A stretch of 61,979 nt of DNA, counting the filler. It is 21 parts of 21 records of this genome, joined end to end, with 100 filler letters (N's around TTAATTAATTAA, not from the genome) between each part and the next. Parts side by side here need not be neighbours in the genome. Positions count along the whole stretch, not along the records: positions 48,383 to 50,522 come from SRR36015645_102801; positions 50,623 to 53,468 come from SRR36015645_104510; positions 53,569 to 56,689 come from SRR36015645_104850; positions 56,790 to 59,085 come from SRR36015645_105482; positions 59,186 to 61,979 come from SRR36015645_105526; 16 more parts are not named here. The stretch is one strand, 5' to 3'. Under the pieces are notes generated by a model. The model was not told the DNA's origin. It searched no databases and saw only the letters and a program-made list of their open reading frames with translations. Numbering within the stretch: position 1 is the first letter of the stretch; every line of letters begins with the position of its first letter. The translations under genes were made by a program, and so were the position numbers. Below, piece after piece: positions 48,283 to 59,525 of this stretch.

Positions 48283-48484
48283 NNNNNNNNNNNNNNNNNN
48301 NNNNNNNNNNNNNNNNNNNNNNNNNNTTAATTAATTAANNNNNNNNNNNNNNNNNNNNNNNNNNNNNNNNNNNNNNNNNNNNTGCTACAGAGCTGCGCCA
48401 TCTGTCGCCATCTATCCAGTTGTGTGATGCTCAACTGCGTGCTGTTCGTCTATTTTTCGCACACAGCCATTTATTGAGAGCAGC

Positions 48485-49357
48485 ATGTCGACAGATATAA
48501 ACTCTGACGTTTTCAATGCTTCTCAGGACGTTATAGGGGCCTCTCAAACAGACACTGTGTTTGTTAGGCCAACTGTTGAACAATATCGCAGAATGTCAGA
48601 ATCAGAGAGAAAGAAGCTTGGAAAAAACACGTTACGTGACATTATCCTGTTTGAGAACATACAAGAAGGTCGAGCTGTAGAAGCTGCCGTCAATGTGAAC
48701 GATAACGGATCTCTCCTTGGTGAGATGGAGAAAATGATCGACACAAAACTTGCGTCCCTAAAGGATGAGCTTAAAAAGTCGTATGAACAAACTATGACTG
48801 AAATGAAGAATAGCCATAAACAACTGGAAGATAAATGCACCAAGTTGGAGTCCCTAGTCGTTGAGCAGCAGAAATACATCATGCGGCTCGACAAGAAAGA
48901 GAGAGATAAACGTGTTATCGTATTCGGCATACCGGAAACAGAACCTGTAGTCATCGATGATAGGCAAGGCATAAGTAACCGTGAAAAAGTCGATGTGATA
49001 TTGCATAAGATCGAGTGCAATAATTCCCCAATTGCTGTACACCGAATTGGGAAGAAAAGAGATGACAAACCAAGGCCTATGATAGTGGAATTCAGTTCTT
49101 TTTACGGTCGAAATGAAGCTTTACAGAAAGCGAAAAAACTGAAGAACGTTACACCAAGACTGTTCATAAAACCGGATATGACAAACGGGGAGAGAAAGGA
49201 AAATGATCGACTACTGAAACGTAGAAACGAGCTCATTGCACAGTATAAAGATGATCACAATACGCACGTGTATATCAAGTGGCCTAAACTGTATGTAAAT
49301 AACCAACCAGTAGATGAAGCGAAATGTGACACGCAGGTTTTTACCGCACAGGGCTAA
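48485..49357 (+). CDS. LINE ORF1 (coiled coil and L1-type RRM/CTD)
   Basis: Coiled coil followed by RVIVFGIPE, HRIGK, PRPMIVEF, FIKPDMT..ER, KLYVNN. Confidence 0.88.
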   Translation: MSTDINSDVFNASQDVIGASQTDTVFVRPTVEQYRRMSESERKKLGKNTLRDIILFENIQEGRAVEAAVNVNDNGSLLGEMEKMIDTKLASLKDELKKSYEQTMTEMKNSHKQLEDKCTKLESLVVEQQKYIMRLDKKERDKRVIVFGIPETEPVVIDDRQGISNREKVDVILHKIECNNSPIAVHRIGKKRDDKPRPMIVEFSSFYGRNEALQKAKKLKNVTPRLFIKPDMTNGERKENDRLLKRRNELIAQYKDDHNTHVYIKWPKLYVNNQPVDEAKCDTQVFTAQG

Positions 49358-50522
49358 GTGACGACGAGACTATCCAGTTGAAATGTTTGTTTTGGAATAT
49401 AAATGGACAGACCAACATTATTAATTCCAAAAACCGTACTTCTTTGTTTGATGATTGGATTACAAAACAAAACTGTGATGTACTTTTCTTAACTGAAACC
49501 CATCTATGTAAAGGACAACAAGTTGCTATTACAGGCTATACTTCAGTGCACAATGCGTTTTCTGAAGCACATTGCGTTCACCCAAGGGGTGGTGTGTCAG
49601 TTTTTGTTAAGAACGAACTAACTAAATACGTATGTTCAATAAACACTAGTGTTCCAGATATGATCGCATGCTATTTCAAATTTGCCCTGACAGTGTGCAT
49701 AGCCGGTATATATATACCCCCACAAGACTCACGCTATTATAGTCCTGAGTGTTTTGATAGAATAGGAACCTTCCTAAAAGAACATAAGCATATGCCAATC
49801 GTAATTGGTGGTGACTGGAACTCGCGAGTTGGAAATCTGCGCAGTAAGCCAACATTAGGTGTACAGTATGAAAGAAATGCGGACAACATAAAAAATAGTC
49901 ACGGAAGAAAATTACTGACTCTATGTAGCAACCTGAGCACCATTATTGTGAACCATATGATCTATCAAAATAGACTGTTCAACGGAGGCTTCACCTTCCA
50001 AAGAGGAGTTTTAAAATCACAAGTCGACCTCGTTCTTGTTAACAAGTTAGCGTTATGTACCCTAACTGGACAGAGCATTCGGCATATCGGATGGAATCCG
50101 TCAGATCATTCGCCAATCGAGACAACAGTAAACTTTCCGAGGCAAGACCGTGTTTATCTCGCTCTGAAAGCGGCAAAGGACATAAACACTGAATGTACGG
50201 GTTCCACATTTAGAAAGCCAAAGAAAATATTTAGTCACAAAGTTGATTGGAATTTGTACACTATGTTAGTTGAAAACAGCGTTACAAAACTAACACAGCA
50301 CATGGAAACAGATATGACACATGATACAATAAACAAATGTGTAGACGATATTTCGCAGACATTGTATCAGGCTGCTCGGCTGAGTTTGGAATCATCTGCA
50401 GGTGAGCGTGAATCTAGTGAAAATGCGTGTGATGGTGAAAAATCGCGTGTGCAAGTTCAATGGAATAATGCTGATATCTGCTATGAGAACTATATTGCCA
50501 ATCAATCAATGGACAATCTACA
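49330..50522 (+). CDS. RTEX-like LINE ORF2 APE endonuclease, no ATG before motif I, 3'-partial
   Basis: FWNING, LTETH, GGV, YIPP, GDWNSRVG, NSHG, FTF, SQVD, SDH. Frame opens after TGA 49327-49329. Confidence 0.9.
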
Positions 50523-51439
50523 NNNNNNNNNNNNNNNNNNNNNNNNNNNNNNNNNNNNNNNNNNNNTTAATTAATTAANNNNNNNNNNNNNNNNNNNNNN
50601 NNNNNNNNNNNNNNNNNNNNNNATTTGATAAATATGAGCTTGTCTTGATCTGGTCAAAGATTACCGCCCAGCAGGCATCGTAGGAAAAGTTTCATTTTAA
50701 TTTATAAGCCGTTGAGAATTCACGAAAAGGGTTAAATTTTACTCCTAAATTTCCATTAATGTTCCCGCTTTATTATCAGATTTTTAATTAATCACAGCCG
50801 TATTTATAATCACAGATGAAAATTTATACCTGGGAGACTGCAAATTGTTGTCGGCTTTGGTACAGAATTTGTTATTACTATCAAGGGTCAAAATGTTGAG
50901 TTGCATTTCTTTGAATTATTTTTCTATTTAATTTGCGCGCTGCGCATGATTTTTTCATACTTCATGCATGGAAGTCAAAAGTTTTTTTCCACTGTTTGTT
51001 GCTATTTCGATAATTCTTTTTTAAATACATTAATAATTGTACATTTGCTTAGTTCGATCATATAATGGCCACTTTTCTGCCTAGCTCCTTAGCGTATCAT
51101 TTAAATACAATTGCCTGCATTTCCTTATTCCAGTGGTGTTGGTTGTCCCCATATTCTTCTTCTTCACGCCCTTCAGTCTTACATACATCAGCCACTTTAA
51201 TCCAAAAAGTTACACGGCTTTTGTCTCACTAATCTTAGAATGGCTCTAGCTATTTTTGGATCAAGCGTCGTAATTCTTGCATGGATTCCACTACAGTTTT
51301 ACTAGCATAGCTTGTAAATTAAAATACTGAATCCTTCAATATACTGACTTGGTCTATCAAAACTATAGAAAAGACCCCATACTAAGAAGTCCCAAACCCC
51401 ATCCATCTTAATCATAATTGCCATATGTCATGTCACTGC

Positions 51440-52270
51440 AGATGTGACGTGTTCTCCACTTCCGGTCGATAATCTCTGCAAATTAAACACACGACAAACC
51501 GTTGGTCATCTCACGTCGGTCCAATCATCAATTCACGCCCGGTCCATGCAATCAACACCGGACCGGCAAATGGAATGTTGTGCCCCGGGGCCGGACTGGA
51601 TGCCATTGCGAAAATAGCCCTTGCCAAAACACGCCGTGAAAGCCTCCCGCTGGGGGCGGTCCTTGTGATGTGCGATTAGCGTTCGTTACGTAACGGACGC
51701 ATTAACGCCCTGGTCCAACAACGTCCACAATGACCGGTTTATCGCGCTGGTCAGTGTCACGTGACCGGCTCGACCAATCAGCGGCTGTCACCCGCGTCGC
51801 TTATCGCGCCTGTTTTGACACGTGATCTGGTCGTCCAATCGAGTGAGACTGTTGTGCGTTGGTGCGCGGACGCCGATGTATTGTGTTAGTGTTGTTCCAA
51901 TGCGCAGTGCGAGCGTGCGTAGGTGTCGCGTGTCGGCTCGGCGCGGCTTTGATCACGCGGAATCCAATTATCGGTGTATATAGTCAGCTTACACTTGATT
52001 ACTACTCCACCCCTACCCAGCCCCTCTCCTAATCCTTTCCATTCACCGAGCCGTCAACGGCGCTAACAAAGAGCCTCTTATTTCTCGCTTTGATCCGAGC
52101 CGCCTATTGACCGCCATTGGCGGGCGGTCTACATCACACGCTGCCGCCGCGCGCGCTGATTGGCCGGCGGCGCTTCAAAGCATTGTACTGAGTGCGGCTG
52201 AACACAACGGCACGCAGGGGCTGACAAAATTGCAGGAGATTTGGGCGGAGCGCGTTATTACCTCTCCACC
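51440..52270. promoter_or_regulatory. GC/CpG-rich Pol II promoter-like island (CCAAT, E-box, ETS, TATA-like)
   Basis: Sharp rise in GC and CpG within an AT-rich non-coding contig. ACTTCCGGT 51458, CACGTG 51758 and 51819, CCAAT 51774, 51835 and 51964, TATATA 51977. Confidence 0.6.
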
Positions 52271-53659
52271 TCTTGGTGAGACAACACCACGTTATTTCAA
52301 TTCGTTTTGTACATGTTGTATGCACACGCACTGAATACCTTGGATTATTTTAACAATGTCTATAGCTGTGGATAGTAGCGGTGGATATACGCACCATATT
52401 ATGCAGGTATGTATAGGGGTGTGCGTGTGTGTCGGTGCGCCAGTGTATCGATTTATTGCTGCAATTATTTGGAGCTGAATGCATGTGGCTCTACATCTGC
52501 TCGTGAAATTTTAATCGTTATTAATTAATTTTGACAACAATCGTGAAAATACAATGTAGAATATTGAGTCAGGATTATGCTGTGTATATTTCGCACAGAT
52601 TTTGTGATGCTAGTGTTTGAAATCGTTATGCCCTATTCTTTAATTAATATGTTTCAAGAATTAAATTTAATACATTGCCGTTGCATCCGAATTTATGATG
52701 ATAATATAGTATATGGTTGGATAATGACTGCTATTATAGGCCTAATTGTCTGTAAAATACCAAGGGATCTCACACAGAGTTTCAGAAAGTGATAAAGGCC
52801 AATGTTTCTCATAATACCATTGATTAACTTTGCTAAGTTTGGTCAACTCGCGCTCATTCACTCATCGCGCATATTTACTCAACTTTAAATTGTTTTCATA
52901 AACTAAGGCCTGAGCCGGACGAATGATTTTTGTTGGCCAATTTTTGGTATTTCTATTCTAGATTATTAGGCCATGTTACACAGCATTGCTCGTAGATCAT
53001 GGGAAATTTTAAATTTCAGAAGAAGTTCTAATTTGGAAGAAAATGATGGTTAACAACAAATGGCTTGCTTGTAGCTGCGTATTTTGCATGCGATCCATAT
53101 GGGAAATTGGGAATACTAAATTTGTTGGCCGACAAAAATCTCTCGTCACTCAGGCGTCATAAACTAGTGTAGGCTATGAGAAACTATTATAAAGTTTATG
53201 CTAAATTTTACCTCCAATGTTTATTAGGCCTACATATTGGCTACAGAAAGTCTGAAAAGGGGATTGGTTTGTTCAAAATTATCGTTATTTGGGCCTATTG
53301 ATAGCATAAACGTTCGGCTACTCTTTCGTTTGGAGTTTGACATTTTTGTATAAGGCCTGTTGTTTTTTTTCTTAAGCCCATTGATTGTTGCTCAGAGTTG
53401 ATTACCTGTTGCTGTATACGGAACACGCAGCGTTTTTGCATTGATCTCTGTTGAGTGTTGTTGTAGTANNNNNNNNNNNNNNNNNNNNNNNNNNNNNNNN
53501 NNNNNNNNNNNNTTAATTAATTAANNNNNNNNNNNNNNNNNNNNNNNNNNNNNNNNNNNNNNNNNNNNTTTTTTTTAGTTTGCTTAAAATTTTCAACTTT
53601 AACTGTTGGAATATGTTGGTTGAACATAAAAAATAAGATTTCTGGTGTTATTTCGTCAA

Positions 53660-53943
53660 TGGCGGCCATCTTGGATTTGCGGTGGCGGCCATCTTGGATT
53701 TTCGGCAACGTCTATAATACAGGATTTCTCGGTAACGGGGAATGATATTGAGATGGGGTTTTTTATATTTTATTTATAGTAAAGAAAGGAAGGTACTGAC
53801 AGAGGGAATTTAGCAAAATATTTATTGAACTCATTTTTTCTAATTTTTTTGGAAAAAACACAATTTCGGAGGTATTTTTGTACTTTTTCCTACAATAAAA
53901 TATGACACATAGTCTTCACACACAAAATCCTCTGTCAGTACCT
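53660..53943. repeat. Subterminal repeats of a DNA transposon: two TGGCGGCCATCTTGGATTT copies and a 15-bp inverted repeat
   Basis: Direct repeats at 53660-53678 and 53683-53701; AGGTACTGACAGAGG 53791-53805 with its reverse complement at 53929-53943. Confidence 0.8.
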
Positions 53944-54619
53944 CCCTTTACATATGCTGTGAGTGCAGGAAAAATTTGGTGAGGTTAGCACTAATACTTT
54001 TTGAGTAATCCTGTACCAAAATGAGGAATATAGTGATTTTTAGAAAACGGAGATAATCAATAACAAATTTTTTCTAATCTATGGAAATTTTTTAATGGTA
54101 TTAGAATATATAAATTGCAGTATTTCATATCAAATAGGCAAAAAGCAATCATGTGTGAAATAGTTAGAGCATGAAACAACATTATTTTGTCAAGATATGC
54201 TGCACATTATGCGTATAGGCCTAATTGAAATCATCCATAAAGCTGTACCGTATGTACGCTGTCACATCTAAACATGCTAAACAAGTGGGCCTATGCATCA
54301 TATGATGGTAAAATGCAAGTAATGATGTGTTGGTTGAAAATATATGTTATTTAATAGATGAATACATCTAAAGCACCAAATTTGCAAATATACTATTACT
54401 TCACACCTACCCAGTGTTTCACTATTGTTATCGCGATTGCCATATCCTTGGTACGTAGTCTATACCGGTACTTTATATATTTAGGGCTATAGGCCTAGTA
54501 TAATTATAACTTTGGTTAATTTTTACTCCAAGAAAACTGTCCACATAAGTTTATTTCTGTACAATAACACATATCAGTCACTTGCAACTATCTAGGCCTA
54601 ATAGGTTTAGGCCTATTGT

Positions 54620-56584
54620 CTAAAAAGCTCCACGCTCATATTGAGCTCCTTCCGCAGCCTCTTGGCGACGCAAAAGTTCGGATGCTGCCGCTTTACGCTT
54701 TTCACGTCGATCTTTAACAGTGTCTTTCTCTCTCCACTCTGCTGCCTTCAGACGACGTGCATCAATTTTCCGTACCAACGCTAGAGTTTGAGACGAAATG
54801 TCAATATCCAAATTGGCAGCAGTGGCTAGGATACGCGACGCACCTCTCGAAAACTGTGACACGCCATCCGTAACAGCAGCCTTCACCCGAGCCGGCCCAA
54901 AAAACTTGGTCTTGGGGCAGAACTTCCACACACACTGATGAAGGCTTTCGTTAGCGTTTTGTGTAACGCCAGTTAAGCAGTTTTGCAGGAGGCCATCATC
55001 AGTAAGACGCTCAAATATAGGCTTTATCTCCTTAGCGACCGCATCGTTGATTGGCGTTTTGATCATTGCTTTATGCGGTTCAGGAGCACGCATGTCAATG
55101 TATGCACGTTTAAAAAAACACCAAGAGTCAACACCATCCGGACAACGTCTGTGGTTAAAATTCTCATCGGTACTCGTGCAGTGCCAGTAGATTGCCCATA
55201 CAGCTTCGCGAATCTTTTCTACGCTCCCTCCAGTACGTAACGCTTTGCCATAGTATCGCGTCAGCTTCTCAATTGTTCGTTTAGTAAGCGCTCCCCATGC
55301 ACGTCCACCTACTCCCTTTACCTTTCGAAGTGCAGAGCCCATGCGCTTGCTGACATGGTTCACACAATCCTCTTTTATAATGGGTTTGTCTGCACCGTAT
55401 ATAAACTCTACTGCCTTATGTCCGGCGCTATCCCCGTCACCAACAAAAATTTGGTAACACATGCCTGCGACTACTATCGAACGCTCCCATAGAATTAACG
55501 CAATTTCTGGCTCCATGGCCTTTGCGCTGCCATTAAACGTTTTGGTGCAAAAATCCTTGTGCTCCACGTCGAACCATAAACGAAAGAGTCCGGAATCTTC
55601 CCCAACATCGGCTGCATACATGGCACACTGATGGCAATAACGACTGAGCACATGAAAGTCTACAACCAGGCCAGTTTTTGTATCGATCACAGCCCCGAAG
55701 CCATAAAGCGACGAAAATCCCCGTTTCATCCAAGATCCGTCGTACGAAACGGATATTTCTAGGATTTCTGGTGGTTCGCCACCCAGTTCGTCAACATACG
55801 CCTTGCGCACAATTTCCCGATTGTCTGCTAGAAAACGTTCCATGTGGTTCATTTTAGCGGCATCCACGGCTTTCTGTGTCTTCTCGTAATTAACACGCTT
55901 TATTGTCGGCAATCCAATACAAGCACTAAGCCGCGTTAATCCTGCCAATCCAGCACCTAACTCATTTACGGCAGTAACCATTTCTCGGTTAATCTGAAAC
56001 GCCGATCGGGAAGAGCTGCCCACTCGATCGGATGTAAAAAAGTCATACGTGTAGCCACAATACGGATGAAGGCACGTAACGGAAAGTTTGTTTGCATACC
56101 CGTAGCGTTGTTTCTGTACAAGCTTGACTTCATGATCTGGACTCCACTTACAGCCAAGTTCCTCGGTCAGTTTACTCAGCTTATCATGATTTACCAAATA
56201 GTACTTTTGCTTAGCACTAGCAGGCCTACCAGGTTGTTCATTCTGAGCATCAGCATGATCAGGTTCATCCTGGGGCATGGGCTCAGCCATGTCAGCATGA
56301 TGATGATCAGGTCCCCTATCATGATCAGGCTCCTGTGCTGGCAGAGGCTTATAACCTGAAGGCCCTGCTTGCGGTGTGTTTGAAATAAGCATAAACTTTC
56401 GCTTGGTAGCAGAATCTGGCGTGTTAGGCTTAGGCCTACATGGCCTATCAGGCATGTTTTCATCATGATTACCATGACCCGCTTCAGCATGTCCAGCTGC
56501 TTCATGCCTTTTTTCCCGAGCAAGCGCTGTTCGTTTTTGTCGTTTAGAGATGGATTGCGGTCGCTTGGGTACCTTCCGTCCCAT
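54620..56584 (-). CDS. Mutator-like/Kolobok-type DDE transposase
   Basis: ISVSYDGSWMKRGFSSLYG, SRYCHQC, KAMEP, VGDGDS, EDCVNHVSKRMG, HCTSTD..H..C..G..SWC, TQNANESLH, CPK. ATG at 56584. Confidence 0.88.
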   Translation of the reverse strand: MGRKVPKRPQSISKRQKRTALAREKRHEAAGHAEAGHGNHDENMPDRPCRPKPNTPDSATKRKFMLISNTPQAGPSGYKPLPAQEPDHDRGPDHHHADMAEPMPQDEPDHADAQNEQPGRPASAKQKYYLVNHDKLSKLTEELGCKWSPDHEVKLVQKQRYGYANKLSVTCLHPYCGYTYDFFTSDRVGSSSRSAFQINREMVTAVNELGAGLAGLTRLSACIGLPTIKRVNYEKTQKAVDAAKMNHMERFLADNREIVRKAYVDELGGEPPEILEISVSYDGSWMKRGFSSLYGFGAVIDTKTGLVVDFHVLSRYCHQCAMYAADVGEDSGLFRLWFDVEHKDFCTKTFNGSAKAMEPEIALILWERSIVVAGMCYQIFVGDGDSAGHKAVEFIYGADKPIIKEDCVNHVSKRMGSALRKVKGVGGRAWGALTKRTIEKLTRYYGKALRTGGSVEKIREAVWAIYWHCTSTDENFNHRRCPDGVDSWCFFKRAYIDMRAPEPHKAMIKTPINDAVAKEIKPIFERLTDDGLLQNCLTGVTQNANESLHQCVWKFCPKTKFFGPARVKAAVTDGVSQFSRGASRILATAANLDIDISSQTLALVRKIDARRLKAAEWREKDTVKDRREKRKAAASELLRRQEAAEGAQYERGAF

Positions 56585-56789
56585 GATTAATGTCAATAAC
56601 ACTGAATTATCACGTCAAAAGCGATGAAGAGAAGATTAACACACGTAGAAATCCAAAAGTTTTTCATTTTTGCTTTGTTTTTCCATTTTNNNNNNNNNNN
56701 NNNNNNNNNNNNNNNNNNNNNNNNNNNNNNNNNTTAATTAATTAANNNNNNNNNNNNNNNNNNNNNNNNNNNNNNNNNNNNNNNNNNNN

Positions 56790-56815
56790 CTCTCTCTCTC
56801 TCTCTCTCTCTCTCT
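56790..56815. repeat. (CT)13 microsatellite at contig edge
   Basis: Read directly from the sequence. Confidence 0.95.
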
Positions 56816-59247
56816 TCCTCCCTCTACAAATTGAAGTGGTCAGCTATTTTTTTTTCAATCTTGGCAGCAAAATAATCCGTTATTCCAGATTTTGATTTTT
56901 ATGAGTATCGTAAGCGTTTGATTTCTGTGTGTTTCTGTTACTTGCAGTCATTCAATGCACATAGCCTTTTTCATTTTGCCGGAAATACTTGGCATACGCG
57001 TTTGCTCTGTTTACAGTACAATAATTCCATGCAACCGTTTTTTTTTGGGGGGGGGGGAGGAATTTAAAACGTCTGGCTGCTAGTAGTTTGAGTAGTAATT
57101 TACATTTTTCCAAAATTAGACAGCTATAGCATTATTATAATCTCGCTAACTTTTATATCTATCCAACATACAAAATAAGGCAAAGTTTTTTGTTAAAAGA
57201 ATCCGTTCAGTCCCAAACATGTCCAGTTACTTTAGTAATGAAAATATTCTAAATGACAATATAGCACGTATAATTTTTACAGGCTTATAATTATTTTTGT
57301 TAACAGCGCGGCAAGGCGCGGGCAAGCCGCCGATTCCAATCATTAAAATTATATAGCCAATTAAATTAGGCCTATGTGCAGCTGGCGCACAATGTATGTA
57401 CTATCGCGGCCATTCATTTGTATGTATAGATCAAAGTATAGCCTACATATTATACTTTGGTATAGATGAATGCAGCCGTTACGGTAGGCCTACACTCCTA
57501 TCCAGCAGACGGCCGGCCGTCCTGATTTGGGCTGGGCTGCCTGGGCCGCTGAAGTCAATATTTGTTGCTCTCAAAGGATCCTGAGTCAAATAAACATGTA
57601 AAAATCAAAAAAATATATTTTTAAAGCATATTATGCATATTTCCTGAAACAACTCGTTTACTTTTCCACATTTCGACTATTGGAGTCGCCACATGTTGAA
57701 AAAATTGGAGCGGCACATGGATCGAAAAATAGTGACTCCGTGCAATTCTCATCGTGGTAGGCTACACGACCATATAATATTTTATCTGGGACGATTAATT
57801 CCGCCGTCTTGAAAGATAGCATGAACCAGGAGAGTAGATCAGACGTGTTTATGTTTGTATAATGATAATGCCATAAAGCTTCACGTTTTCAGTTTTCTGA
57901 TATCTTGATATGCAATAGCGGCTGCCTAATGTGCAAGTTATTAATATACTCTAAAATTTTGCAGTTGTCTGATTTTTAGTGTTTGCGGCGCGTGTACAAT
58001 GTATATCATGATAGTAAGATATTATAGGGCTAAGTACTTAAACTGCTACTGTCACAGTGGTCATTCTGTAATAGTATATATGCTTATTGCATTTGCTTGG
58101 TAGTATAATATTTTTGGATAAACAATAATTGCTGTGCGAGGTTTGGTCAACAAAAATAGCACGTACCGGTACCTAAATGTTGATAGGAACATGGGCTGTA
58201 CAGGACGCCTAGAACGAAACTGATACTTTTCTTGCTCCGCAACATATGCATCTCCAACTGCATGGCCCGGAAGGATAAAATAATTATACTGAATGCATAG
58301 TTTTATTAGTGTACGGTAACGGATATATAGACCTATAAGCAGTGACGAAGCCAGGCATGTGTGAGATAAAGGGAGTATTTCTAGCGCCAGCACCCCCCCT
58401 CCGAGCCAGTCCAGATGGGCGCCAAAACGGGGATGAAAAAGAATAAAATTGGAGAGGTGATTTGAGTAAACATTATCCATTTACTCTAATTGTATTTGAA
58501 TTTTTGAAAATTTTGTGATTAGCTAGATATATATCGTTAAGCATGGCGCAGTTCAGTCAAAACTTGAAGTAACTGTTCTCGGCGCTGTTATGCTGGAGAG
58601 TGGCATCTTCAAATTTTACTTCTGGGCACCAGAAATCTTAGCTACGCCGCAGTTCATGAATAAATACATCTACTCATAGGGGCTTTAAATAACTTACAGA
58701 TTTGCTGTGTTAGTACTACGAGTGTAGCGTGACCAACCAGCTATGAAGTTTATTACAAGCAAGTACTATAGGCCTAATGTAATAAAATCGCTTGCCGAAT
58801 GAAGTATGGCTGTGGAAGTATATGAGCTTATTTACAATAGGGTGGACAGGTTGTTAATGCACTAGCCGATTTATGCATAGCTTTGTTTTTTTCTGTTGTT
58901 TTTTAATTTTTATACCTTTTTAAAGAAATGTACTTTGTTTTTAACAATGCGTAGGGCCTACATGGTGATGGTGTACGTAGCTATACAACAACTATCCGAT
59001 TTATGTAAATATTAATAATAAATATTAATAGATCCGCAAGTAAAAATCCTACATGTGCATGTGCCAATATCATTTGCGAACTTCTNNNNNNNNNNNNNNN
59101 NNNNNNNNNNNNNNNNNNNNNNNNNNNNNTTAATTAATTAANNNNNNNNNNNNNNNNNNNNNNNNNNNNNNNNNNNNNNNNNNNNCTGTAAATGTAGTGC
59201 CATGATCTTCGTGGTTTTCCTAAAGAAAATTTGGCATTATAACCAAT

Positions 59248-59387
59248 TTATAAAATGTCTGTCAGGTATGGTAGATGAGACACAAATTCCTTAAGATCCT
59301 CGCTTCCTGAATCAACAGGTTAAACTGACTGTTTATATTGAACGCTATCCCGTTCTCAATATCCATCAGTTTCTGTTAGAGCCACAT
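59248..59387 (-). pseudogene. Degenerate tandem duplicate of the ATM FATC-coding end
   Basis: Aligns to 59526-59666 and reads QKLMDIENGIAFNINSQFNLLIQEAR..NLCLIY, with GAA>TAA and TGG>TGA changes. Confidence 0.85.
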
Positions 59388-59525
59388 AAAACTTACTCAA
59401 AGTCTACAACGTTAAATCTCATCACAAACTACAAAGGCTAGGCCTATATAACTTCTGCTAATACTTTATCATGGTCTTATCATTATGTATGTGAAGTTTT
59501 ACTGAACATTTAACATTATTAAGCT

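Noticed and set aside
58416-58424. TGGCGCCCA (minus strand) resembling a tRNA primer-binding site
   Set aside because: The match does not extend, and there is no adjacent LTR end or gag ORF.
58061-58480. 139-aa minus-strand ORF in a non-coding contig
   Set aside because: No recognisable motif; compatible with chance.
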